Assembly (NCBI RefSeq): GCF_001194135.2
Contig: NC_068984.1
Span: 85,642,771-85,706,770 of the forward strand
Source of the DNA: Octopus bimaculoides
Lineage: Eukaryota
Reading direction: 5' to 3'
DNA: 64,000 bases
The translations under genes and the position numbers were made by a program. This document shows positions 36,429-48,700 of the stretch, piece by piece. The stretch's first letter is position 1. Each line of letters begins with the position of its first letter. The notes beneath the pieces are model-generated. The model was not told where the DNA came from. It searched no databases and worked only from the letters and a program-made list of their open reading frames with translations.

Positions 36429-39400
36429 AGTGTTTGTTCCCCCAACATCGCTTGACAACCGATGCTGGTGCGTTTACGTCCCCGTAACTTAGCGGTTCGG
36501 CAAAAGTGACCGATAGAATAAGTACTAGGCTTACAAAGAATAAGTCCTGGGGTCGATTTGCTCGACTAAAGGCAGTGCACCAGCATGGCCACAGTCAAAT
36601 GACTGAAACAAGTAAAAGAGTATATAAGAGAGTGCAAACTAACCTGAAGCTAAACAAATCTTTTGGTAGATGGCTTTCTAAAGCCCATTCTACTATTTAC
36701 AAAAAAGTAGTGAGAATTATCTCTTTGTAGTTGACTGATCATCTCTAGAAAATATTAAAAATTTTGGATGGCCAAAATTTCTAAAATTAAAGCAAATTTT
36801 TGTTAGGTGGGAAAAAAATACAGTGTGATGCTAATTAATAATAATTATATTTCCTTGTTTTCTTTTGTTCTTTTCTTTTCAGGTAGTTTAATATTTACTT
36901 ATGTGCAGTTAAGTGATTTGAATTCCTACACCTGTTATAACTACAATCCAAATCAGGTCACTACAAAAGCTGGAGGATGGACAAATTTAACAGTGAACCC
37001 TCTTCTCTCAAATGGTAATTTTGATCTTTGTGCTTTCTTTTAGGGAAAGTGAGGTAGGGTCCTATGCCACTTTTATGAAGCAAGATTCATCCCTCAATAT
37101 TGACTTTGTCTTTCTCTAAATTTCTTTCTCTCTCTCTATCATCCATTCTGTTGCCAGTTACACCCACTAACACTACACCACTACAGTCACCACTGCACCA
37201 CTAAAGCCACTAACGTGCCGTCAATCTCATCATCATACCATTACACTTATCACTACATCATTGCAGCCACTATTGTACCACTACAGTACAACACATGAGC
37301 TATACAAATTTCACTGTTCAATATCAGTTCCCAATTGATTTTTAACATTACTATTGGTAAAAGACAAATAACAATTTTCTTGAAACTTTCCATTACCTGG
37401 AAGATATAGTAGGTAAATCACACCAGCATACAATTTCTGCTAGCAACAGGGTAGATATAGAGCAGAGACAATAGGTGCTTTTGCTTAATACAACTCCACA
37501 CTATCAAAACAGTAACCAGTTCTGAGCCTACAGTTTTGTGGTTCAAATACTGCTGAAGATACCACAATGCATAGATAGCTAGGAATCAGTGCAACAAGAT
37601 ATTAGATTAACTTCAGATTGAACATCTGGTCCACATGTTTGGAGCATAGTGAACCTTGCAAAAGACACCAATGAAGGGCCATCTGGTGATATTGAAGTAG
37701 GTAATAATTTAGTTCCATGTTATGTTGATTGAAGCTCTCTTATCCTTTTATGAGTTCACTTATTCAGTATTATATCTAGTGTGGTTTAACAGATCACAGC
37801 AAGATGGGGTTTTCATGCTTTTCACAGGTGAAATAGTTTTGAAATGTTACATCATATTAATGTTACTGAATAGTTAGTATTATCCTGATTAGTATTGAGA
37901 TGCTGTGACATGCTTGTGTAAACCATGCTCGCAAAGTAACAATAATGACAAAAGTACTTCAGCCATATTTCAGGATACCTGTCTAGAAGGACAGTAACTC
38001 TTAAGAACTGATATCAGGTAAAGACTCTTTTTGATCCTCCTTGCAATGAAGCAATCTTTGTAGTATCAGTGGCATGATAAAATGCTCCCAGTACACTTTG
38101 TAAAGTCATTGGTGAAAGAAGGCATCCAGTTGTAGAAAACCTGCAAGAGTGAACTGTGCTAGCCAAGCTTAATCTCTACAAGCTGCATCACAAGCTATTT
38201 GTTTAGCAGAGTGGCAAATCCCAATACAACTAACATAGATTTGAGGGGCTCCTTTAGTTAGTCTTGCTCATATAAGACAACCTTTCTAGTGATGGTGGCA
38301 CAATGAGACACCCTCATTCCACACAGTAAGGCACAATACCAAAGTAGCCTGGTTTTCTGTTCTGTGTGAAAAATAAAGCACATCGGTAAGGAAAATTAGA
38401 CATAAAATGATGATGGTAGCACCAGTTTTTTTTTGTTTGTTTGTTTGTGTTTGTTTGTTTTTTAAATTTTCTTTTTCTTTATCACTTGTAGCTCTTCCAA
38501 ATGAAGCTCCTCTCAAAAAGTTGTACAGTACAAATTCTGGTTCTATTGCCATGTTTGGTACTAAGTTCATAATTCAATGTATGTATGGTGGCATGTAAGT
38601 ACTACATCTTATGATTTTCTTGCAAAATAATTAAAATTCAGTTGAACAGCACCTAATATTTCCTTTTTTTTATATTTCAATAAAAATATCTGACACAAGC
38701 TACAAGCTACATTTTTTTAAATATATTTCAATAAGAATATCTGATACTTTGAAGACTAATTTTCCAGACATTGTTAAAAGTGAAATGCTCAATATTTATA
38801 TCTACACATAAAAAGTACTCACTACACTCTTGGAGTGGTTGGCGTTAGGAAGGGCATCCAGCTATAGAAACATTGCCAGATCAGATTGGCGCCTAGTGGA
38901 GCCACTGGTTCTCCAGACCTCAGTCAAACTGTCCGACCCATGCCAGCATGGAAAATGGATGTTAAATGATGATGATGATGATGACACTGCACTTCAATTC
39001 ATTTCATCTCCAGTTGTCTTCAGGCATCTTGTTTCTGAATATGGCTAAGTTCCTGAATAGATTCAAAGTTGAAACTTTTATTTCCAAACAATAAGTAACT
39101 AGCAGTAATATCCGTCGTTGATCGGATAATTACTTTTACTCTTTCTCAGGAGCCACATTCAAAGTGTTATTATATAGAGAGAGTTACTCTTCCTGTATGT
39201 GTGTATTTTATAAGAAATATAATAATTGAAGTGGAAAAAAGATCAATTTCATACACAAACTTCTGTTTGTTTATTATATGACAATAATAAGTGGGTTGTA
39301 TGTGTTTTTTTATATGTCAATACAGTAATGGCAATTATATAATACACTAGGCTTTGGTTGGCACAGAGCTGCAATGAAAGAAAATTGCCTAACGTGCCAC

Positions 39401-42400
39401 ACAGTGGGACTGAGCCCAAGGTGACATGATTGGACAGCAAGCTTCTCAACCACACAGCCATGCCTATAAAAGAGATATACATTTTGGATGATACACTCTT
39501 TGATACAATATGCTTAGCAAAAAGATGGGATGTTTACGGCAAGAAGACCTTTGATTTTTATATTTACTCGAGCAACACGACTAACAATGTTACACCATAC
39601 AAAGTGTCCCAAAATTAACTGTTTCAATGAAATAGAACAAATTTTTTAAAAAAAACTGACAGAATTTTATGTTTAATACCAAAACAAATAGATGTATAAA
39701 TCTTAGGTCAAACTTTTATTGAAAATTTTCAACATGTCTGTATCCCTGCATACTTCAAATCTCTCCTTAGCCTTCTGAAACACATTTTGAAGCATTTCAG
39801 GAGTTAACTCCTGTACTGCTAACTGAATGTGTTCTTTAAGCTCAGCTAAATGATTGCTCCATCTTAGGGATGGAGGTAAAGAAAATGATTGCTGCCAAAT
39901 TGAAAAAAGAGCTGTTGTGGACAAATAAGAAGGGTCCAACAGGAATGAAAATAAAATTATAAACAAAATTCAAAATTTATGCACTTTTAACACATTAAAC
40001 ATGATAAACACAAATAACAGTGAGTTTTAAAAAAATTGCATCCAATTTCACACAAATCATCATTAATTCTGGGACATCCTGTATTTACTCATCCAACTAA
40101 ATGGGGGCGGGAATNNNNNNNNNNGGGGGGGGGACTAATTGCAGGTGTTGAGTGTAGCTTCCGGAAGTGGTCACAACAGCAGTTTGTTTTTTTGTATGAA
40201 CATTTTGCATTATATTGTTCAGACAAGGATGACATAGAAGGCAGATATTAAAAAATGCGATTTATCTGCTCCTGGGTCCACATTAGGCAAGAAGTTGAAA
40301 ATTTTTTGGGCCCATGACACTCCATGGACCCAATGTAATGCATGTGTAAAATTTCATTAAAATCGGTTGGGTGGATCTCTAGTTTTGACAACATGACAAA
40401 CACAAACAGACATCCTATGTTTTATATATATATAGATAACACACTTAAATTATAGGTCACTGACACATGTTCAAACAGATTACATTATACAACAAATGCA
40501 AATATTAAACTTTTCATTTCTTGAGATGAGTTAGTTCTCTGAACAATTATAACGATAATAAAAACAACTCATCTCAGACATTTAGATTCTGGTTTGCTGA
40601 ACAAAATACAACAGTTTCATTTCAGTTAATCAGATTACCCTCTAGGCATGTAATTATATGACTCAGCGCTAGCAGTTGATGTAAATGAACCATTTTATCA
40701 TGAGAATATATATCTTGTAAATACAGCTTATACATTTTCTCTTGCAGTCCAATCCCTGAGATTATGTGGGAATCTCCTGTTGCAGTGCCCCGAAATGAGC
40801 CATATCACACATTGGTGATAAACAATGTTACAGAGGCTCATAACGGCTGCTACAAGTGTATAGCTACGAGTGTTAGGACTGCTGAAACTGAAATATGCAT
40901 TGATGTTAGAGGTAAACTCGTCTATTGTATATCTATATTTTTCAAGTGAAACTATTTGAAGGAAAAGTAGTTTTATAGCCATATCACATAATGTATTGAT
41001 AGCATTATTGTCCCAAGAATCTAATGTATACATAGGATAATAACTTAGATTTAGCTCGCATTAAAGCAACTTAATGATTTTATTTAAAAAATACTTGATA
41101 CAAGCATGGTATTTAAAGAAAACAGATGACATGAATCTTTTGGAATAAAATTTACATGCTTTCTTTGTTCAATTTTTCAGGCGCACTTGGAGTAATCTCT
41201 ATAGAGGAAGTTCTTTTTAAGTAATGGTATTGACTACTTTTGGTTTAGTTTTGGATTTAGAGCTCTTACAAAGTATTCTTTTACCTTTTGTAGTTGATCA
41301 GTTTTTTTGTGTATTTAGTAAAAAGAAAATATTTTGAATTTTCCATTTGTGCAAATTTCTAGATGTTTACTACAAGGAACATTTCTAGTAGCTGAATCCT
41401 AAATTTGCTGTTTGTGCACTCTTACACAAAGGATGTAGATGGTCCTTACTGTCAAAAAAAGGGGATCATCTTGTGCTTTCCAGTGGACTTGCTTTGCCTG
41501 GTCTATTTTGCCACTGAAAAACAGATGCTTAGCTCATACAAGTTGATTCATTAGCAATCTGGAGCATTTCATAAGTTTCTGTATTGTTTTTGGTCAGCAT
41601 GAAAAACAAATATATATATATATATATATATAGTTGATAAAAAAAAAGACATATATCAGAAAAGAAGCACACTCTAAAGAATAGATTAGTAATTGTTACA
41701 ACAAAATTTTATATCTTGGACAAGATTTCGCATCCACAAAGCCAAAGCCTTGTTAATGAGGACGGGTTATCTCCCCTGAACCCGAGAGAAAAGCAACCCT
41801 TATAAACCCGGAGATGCCTAACCAACAAACGGGGAGAAACAATTTTCCAGTAGGCAGCGCTTGAAGTGGACACATTTAGAAAACACTTCTTTATGACTAT
41901 TTAACGTGCCAGATTTCGTATAGTACTTAAGAATTTTGGCTCTCTCCGCAATGCAGATCTTGCAATGGCCACTTCCATTAATATATTAATTTCCACCTGA
42001 TATCACACAAGGTCCCTTGATTTTGAGGCGCCACAGATGGCGGGATTTTATCGACTTTTATCTATCTATTTCTAAAGAGTTATTGTTTATTGAAGGCACT
42101 TTCTTTTGCCAAGGGCTTCACAGATATTAGTGATAGTAATATTAGAGTTATCATGTATGTCAGGAAGACGGTACTGTTCAGCTAAGATTCAACTTGAGTC
42201 AAGCAATCTGACACCAAGAGCTCCTTTGATGTAGCTATGGGAGCATATGACAGCACTGATGTCTGTGATCTTATCAGACTGTACATCCTGGGCATCTCAG
42301 GGAAGAGGTTTCCTTCGGTCCTCTTCAGCTTCTACAGAGATGATGCCCTAGCCATCTCTAGAGGATCCAACAACCACACATTAGAGTTAGAAAGGACCTA

Positions 42401-45400
42401 ATTAGCATAATTGGCTCAGTAGGTCTCAAGATCACCATTGAAACAAATCTCACCACAGTAGATTTCTTAGATGTTACTTTATATCTGGGCTCTGTACATA
42501 CAGGCCCTATCACAATCCAAACAAAAGACTTCTGCCATCCCCCTATAATTTTCAAGAACCTAGTGAAAGGTGTATGCAAGATGATCTCAAATCTATCCTC
42601 AAGCCAAGATATCTTCAATGCCACTGCCCATTACTACAATGAGCTACTAGCATCAAGTGGCTTCAAGGACCACATCTCTGGTACTGAGGTCTTCGGTGAC
42701 ACTCTGTGACGTCACAGAAAGTGTCACTGAAGATCCCAGTATCACCGCCACAGATAATGAACAAACCATAGACACAGATAGTGACCAGCCTGCAACGAAT
42801 GTACCCACCAGTAGAGTCGCAACACCTAGAAATTATGGCTAATCCAAGGCCAGTGACATGGAGGAGGGATCCAGCATTCCCAGTACCACCACCACAGATG
42901 TTTACCAAATAATTAGCTTTGACACTGATGGAATGACCGGCCCCACACCATATGTTACCAGGAGTGCAAATATGGCTATATCCCATGTTTGTTGTAAAAA
43001 TATTGAATCTGCCAGTACTTCTTTCAAGCAACGTTTTCTTAACCACCAGGCATCTCTCATATTTCTTCCCATGACTTTCATCTTCTATGTTCCTGCCATA
43101 AGGCTTTCACTTCTACACACGCCAGCTTAATCTAATTCATCCTTAGTTGAAAAACACCTGTTCTTTGTATTTGTAATTGTGTACCATTTCTCCATTTTTT
43201 TTCTTTTCGTCTTTGTTTTCATATACATTTGCTTGCATTCTCCCAAAGAATCTAGTGCTCTTAGCTTAGATTTCCTTGGGACCAGCCAGATTAGAGCAGT
43301 CTCTAGATTAACTGAACGCAACTGCAATGATGGTCTGCTTCTCAACTGAAGATTGAAAGCTCCAAATGTCCGTCTTTGTTTTTTCCTGTCCTTTTTTGTA
43401 TCACCTACTGTCCAAATGTTTTGTTGTTGCCTGTTACGTTCTTGTTCCATTTTTTGTTTTGATTTTATATGTTATTATAATATATATATATATATATATA
43501 TATTATAATAACATAGGGTAAAGTTAATTAATTAATTAATAATTTTACCAAGTAGTCAGTATGTTAAAAAAACCTTTTTAGGTAAATTATAGAATATTTT
43601 ATATATATATTCATATATATATTCATTTAATGTCCATCCTCCATGGTGGCATGGACTGGACAGTTTTTTAAGATCTAACAAGCCAGAGGGATGTCTGTTT
43701 TGGTATGGTTTCTTCAGCTCAATGTCTTTCAAACACCAACCATTTTACAGAATGTATTAGATGTTTTTTCCATGATACCAGCAGGAGGGAAGGTCACCAA
43801 GTAGCTTGCAAAACAAAGAAGAAACACCAGCCTCAAAGGGGGAGATGGCCTTATACTAGCTGTTGAAAGGCACAAGTATGGTAGAAGGACAGGCAAGATA
43901 CCTATCTTGCTGTAGAAGAGATTCTTGGCTACTTCATATTTAATGGATGTGGGTGGAGTTTAGCTGTAAGGAAGAGAGAGATGCTGGTGATGAGTTGGTG
44001 GAGCAATTATATCAGAGTACAAGAAGGTGAATATAAGGGAGAATATAGATGGTGGATAGGAATGTGTGGGAGGATACCATATGCTGTACTGGTTGGATAA
44101 ACTATAAGAAAGTTTACAATAATGTGCCACACTGCTGACTCTTGGATTGCCTGAGAATACTTAAGGTCAACAAGACGATTAGGGTTTTTTTTTCCCCCCC
44201 TAGAAAATAGCAATATCACTGGCAATAGCATTTATATGCAAATAGATCATTTGAAAACATGAAAATACATGGAGATTTTGAAGACTCACTCTGTCCATTA
44301 CTTTTCATTATTAGCACTAATCCCTTTGACAAGCATTCTGAGAAAATCCAAGACTGTCTATGATTTTGCCAAAACCAGAGTGAAAATAAATCATCAGCTA
44401 TATATATGGTTGACCACAAACTGTATACCAAAAAATGGGGGGGGGGCTGAATTCTCTAAGCCAAACAGTAAGGATATCTATACAGTTTGGGGTAAATAAG
44501 CATGTCATGTTAACTATGAAGGGAGGTTGATAAATTCTGATGGTATAAAATTATTACAAGATGATATTCAGTAGATAATGGGGGATATAAGAACCTAGGA
44601 GTGCTGCAGGACAGTAGGATAATAGAAGAAGAAACGAGAGAAAAATCTCTAAAGAGTACAAGAGAAGAATTAGAGGTTTGTTACTCTAGTATATGCAACC
44701 ATACATACATGTTCAACATGGTGCGAGTGTTCTGAGAGAGAAGTTAGGCATAAGAGGAATTGGTTGCTGTGTGCAAGAGAGAAGACTGCGCTGGTTTGGT
44801 CATGTGATGCGGATGGATGATGACAGCTCCATGAAGAAGTGCCAATCTCTCAAAGTGGATGGAACATGTGGAAGTGGGAGACCCAGAAGGATGTGGGATG
44901 AAGTACTGGAGAACGACCTGAGGAAGATGAACCTTTCAGGCGAAATGACAAAAGACCAAGACACCTGGCGCTTGGCCATACTCAAGAAGACCTGTGACCT
45001 GCAGCAAAAGTGTTAAGACCAGTCCTGCTGATGGTATAAAGCACTTGTGACAGTGCCACATAAAAGCACTCATGCAGTGCCACGTAAAAGCCCCCACATG
45101 GTGTCACATGAAGTTCCCATGTAGTGCCACATAAAAGCACCTGTGTGGTGCCATGTAAAAGCGCCCGTGCAGTGCCACATAAAAGTGCCCATGCAGTGCC
45201 ATGTAAAAATGCCTGTGCAGTATCGCATGTGTGCCTGGTGCAGCTCCTCAGCTTGCCAGCTTTGGTCAAATCATCCAACCTATGCCAGCATGGACAACAG
45301 ATGTTAACTGATGATGGTGATGATATATATATATATATATATATANNNNNNNNNNNNNNNNNNNNNNNNNNNNNNNNNNNNNNNNNNNNNNNNNNNNNNN

Positions 45401-45663
45401 NNNNNNNNNNNNNNNNNNNNNNNNNNNNNNNNNNNNNNNNNNNNNNNNNNNNNNNNNNNNNNNNNNNNNNNNNNNNNNNNNNNNNNNNNNNNNNNNNNNN
45501 NNNNNNNNNNNNNNNNNNNNNNNNNNNNNNNNNNNNNNNNNNNNNNNNNNNNNNNNNNNNNNNNNNNNNNNNNNNNNNNNNNNNNNNNNNNNNNNNNNNN
45601 NNNNNNNNNNNNNNNNNNNNNNNNNNNNNNNNNNNNNNNNNNNNNNNNNNNNNNNNNNNNNNN

Positions 45664-45723
<60 letters not shown>

Positions 45724-48700
45724 TCTACACACACCTACACACACCTCGTATATATTCACTTATGTATGCAATGAAATAACTTGCATTTTGAATGTTATTT
45801 TCTCATATTCATTATTCATCTTAGATTTCTTCAAATGTGCTCAGAATTTTTAATAAGGTGTGTGTGTGAGAGAGTGAAAATGATGACAACTAAAGGAAGG
45901 ATGATGGAAAAATAACAAACATCAATATATTACCTACCAATATATGCTAAGTAGATTATTTTTAATGAAGACAATTTGAATAGATGTGGTAGAGACAGAA
46001 AGACAGAGAAAGACAGCATTGCAAGAGAAGAAAGTGAAAATGATTGTATTCAAATGGAATGACATGGTAAGGTTTTTTCAATGAAGTATGTGTGAGAAAG
46101 AAGGACAAAGATAGAAGAGATGGCTGGATTGAAAAAAAAACAAAAAAACAAGCATCAATATATTATACTTAACGGTAAACATGACAGATATAGTGTAAAA
46201 GTTTTCACAAATATTCTCCAAGTAATCACTTATATTTAATGGAAACAATAGAATAGAGTGGTATAGAACAAGAGTGAAACAGATATATGCTGCATGAAAT
46301 GTAAGTTTTTGTGCTGATGGCAGGGATTAAAAAAATTTGATTGTGTGTATTTGAATCTTCAGTAATAAAAAAAAAAAAAATTGAATTTGAATTTTTAAGA
46401 ATTTTATAAACAATGGAAACTAATGATTGCTTTCTTTTAGTAAAAGTTACATAATTCTAATTAATAAGCAGCGTTCTCCGTTATATTTTAGATATCTGTT
46501 TATGTATATATTTCTCACAGGTCCTCCTATTTGGGTTATTGAACCCCCCAATGAAATTACTGTTACTGAAAAGTCAGATGTGGTGTTCCATTGTAAAGCA
46601 AGATCACTGAAGGGAGGAAAGGAATTGAATCCGCCTGAATGGATGAGAAATGGAAAGCCCTTATCTCTACGTCCTGGAGGTTAGTAAAATGATTATTGCT
46701 TTCAAATCTTCCTTGCCACATTCATTTACATTCTTGACATTTTGAGTTCAAATGCTTCTGAATCCATAGTACTATGCCTGACTGAAAAGAAAGATGGTTT
46801 CCATTGTTATATGTTTTTCTAGTTAGCAGTAAGGGCATCCTTATAACTAGTCCAGTGAGTTCTGTTGCCACTTGGTCATTTGACTTTCTAGAAATATCAG
46901 TTAAATCTCACTTAAGTTATACTTCATCTTAAAAAAAAAAGAACACATTGGATACTATAATCTAGGATAAACTATCCTTGGAAATAAGAAGTTTTGGTCA
47001 TGGTTTAAATGCTTTCAGTTAGCAATATGTTCAATTAGGGCAGATTTGAGGTAACAAAAACTAATCCAACTACTAAACTATAACTCCCTACCTCATGAAT
47101 ATGTTTGAAAATGAATGTAAAATTGTAACAGAAAAAATCCTTCGTTTAAACTATATTTTCCTGCATAATGACTCTTGACTGAATTATGAGATAAGTCTAG
47201 CTTCACAGTTGAGTGATTAATAATAAGGAGACTTGCTAGAAATATCAGGCAAATCTCTCAAATTATACTCTACCTTCTTGGATAATACAGTTGTAGATAT
47301 ACTATGGCTGAAATAAAGATAGCATGATTATTGCGAGAACACCTTTGATCATAGGCGCAGGAGTGGCTGTGTGGTAAGTCCCACTGCATGGCACCTTGGG
47401 CAAGTGTCTTCTACTATAGCCTTGGACCGACCAAAGCCTTGTGAGTGGATTTGGTAGACGGAAACTGAAAGAAGCCTGTCGTCACTACATTTATATTTTT
47501 TTTCTCCTTGTTTCTCTCCTTATTTCTTTCTGTGTTCCTTTCAGTTGAAGAGCGTAAGCTCGAAACGTCAAAGACTTTCTATATTCCCAAGCGTTAAACT
47601 AATGCATTCATTTGTTGTTTACACCACCTGTCTTCGTCTGTTGTATTTTCGTAAATTCTCCCATATATATATATGTTTGTGTGTCTGTGTTTGTCCCCCC
47701 AACTTCGCTTGACAACCGATGCTGGTGTTTTTACCTCCCCGTAACTTAGCGGTTCGTCAAAAGGACACCGATAGAATAAGTACTAGGCTTACAAAGAATA
47801 AGTTCTGGGGTCGATTTGCTCGACTAAAGGTGGTGCTCCAACATGGCTGCAGTCAAACGACTGAAACAAGTAAAAGAGTATAAAAGAGTACAAACTGACC
47901 TGAAGATAAACAATAATGACAAAAAGAGAGGACATATAAGGGAAATATGGTTCTAGATACACTATTTGAAAAATAAAAGATCATAGGTATATGGGACTCA
48001 GCTACAGTTAAATCTCAATTGCCTTCTCACCACAAAATAACTCAATCCTTCCTTATTTTACCAGTTTCTTTTCCTTTTATCATTTTTAGTGCCATACTAA
48101 TAGGGTTCTTATCCAATTTTTTTTTCTTTTAGGAATGATAAACAGACTATCATTGTCTTTGGATGGTTCTTCTCTCACCTTCTCAGATGTCAGGAAGAGC
48201 ACTGATATCTGCAACTTCCAGTGCACATACAAAAATGACTACGGAGAAATTTTTGCTGATATTTCATTTAATGTTATATGTAAGTATATATTCTCTTCTT
48301 TTCCATTTCATAGTGGGCCACATGTTTTTAGTAATCTTCTCTTTCTGTTGTATTTCAATGTGTGTGTGTGTTCATTTTTAAATGAGTGAAAGGTGGAATT
48401 TTCCTTGCAAAAGCATCAAGACAACATTTTAGTTTCTGGTTTGAACGACTGAGAATTTCTGTGTAAATTATGCCCTTAATCCCTGTAGCTGGGAAAAAAA
48501 ATGTATTATCCTTAAAATAGATACTGAAATGTTGTTTTAAATAATTTGAAATATAACGTAAGGTTTTTTTTTAATAACTGTACAAGTTTAATTTCACCAT
48601 GTAAAGTAAAGTTAGTGATTACTTGACCGGTTTTGTCTCAAGTGGAGAAAGAAATTGAGATTGAACTAACTAAATTTGTTGTCTTTGCTTGAACAGAGAT

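Noticed and set aside
37150-37300. (CACTAC)-rich tract as a mucin-like alternative exon after Ig2
   Set aside because: No good splice sites and no Thr/Ser-rich frame compatible with phase 1; low-complexity DNA.
45051-45217. Regular 24-nt repeats (also 7301-7456 and 62680-63165) as a CRISPR array
   Set aside because: Eukaryotic context, degenerate units, no unique 25-45-nt spacers, no cas genes. Two of the arrays are RTE 3'-UTR tandem repeats.
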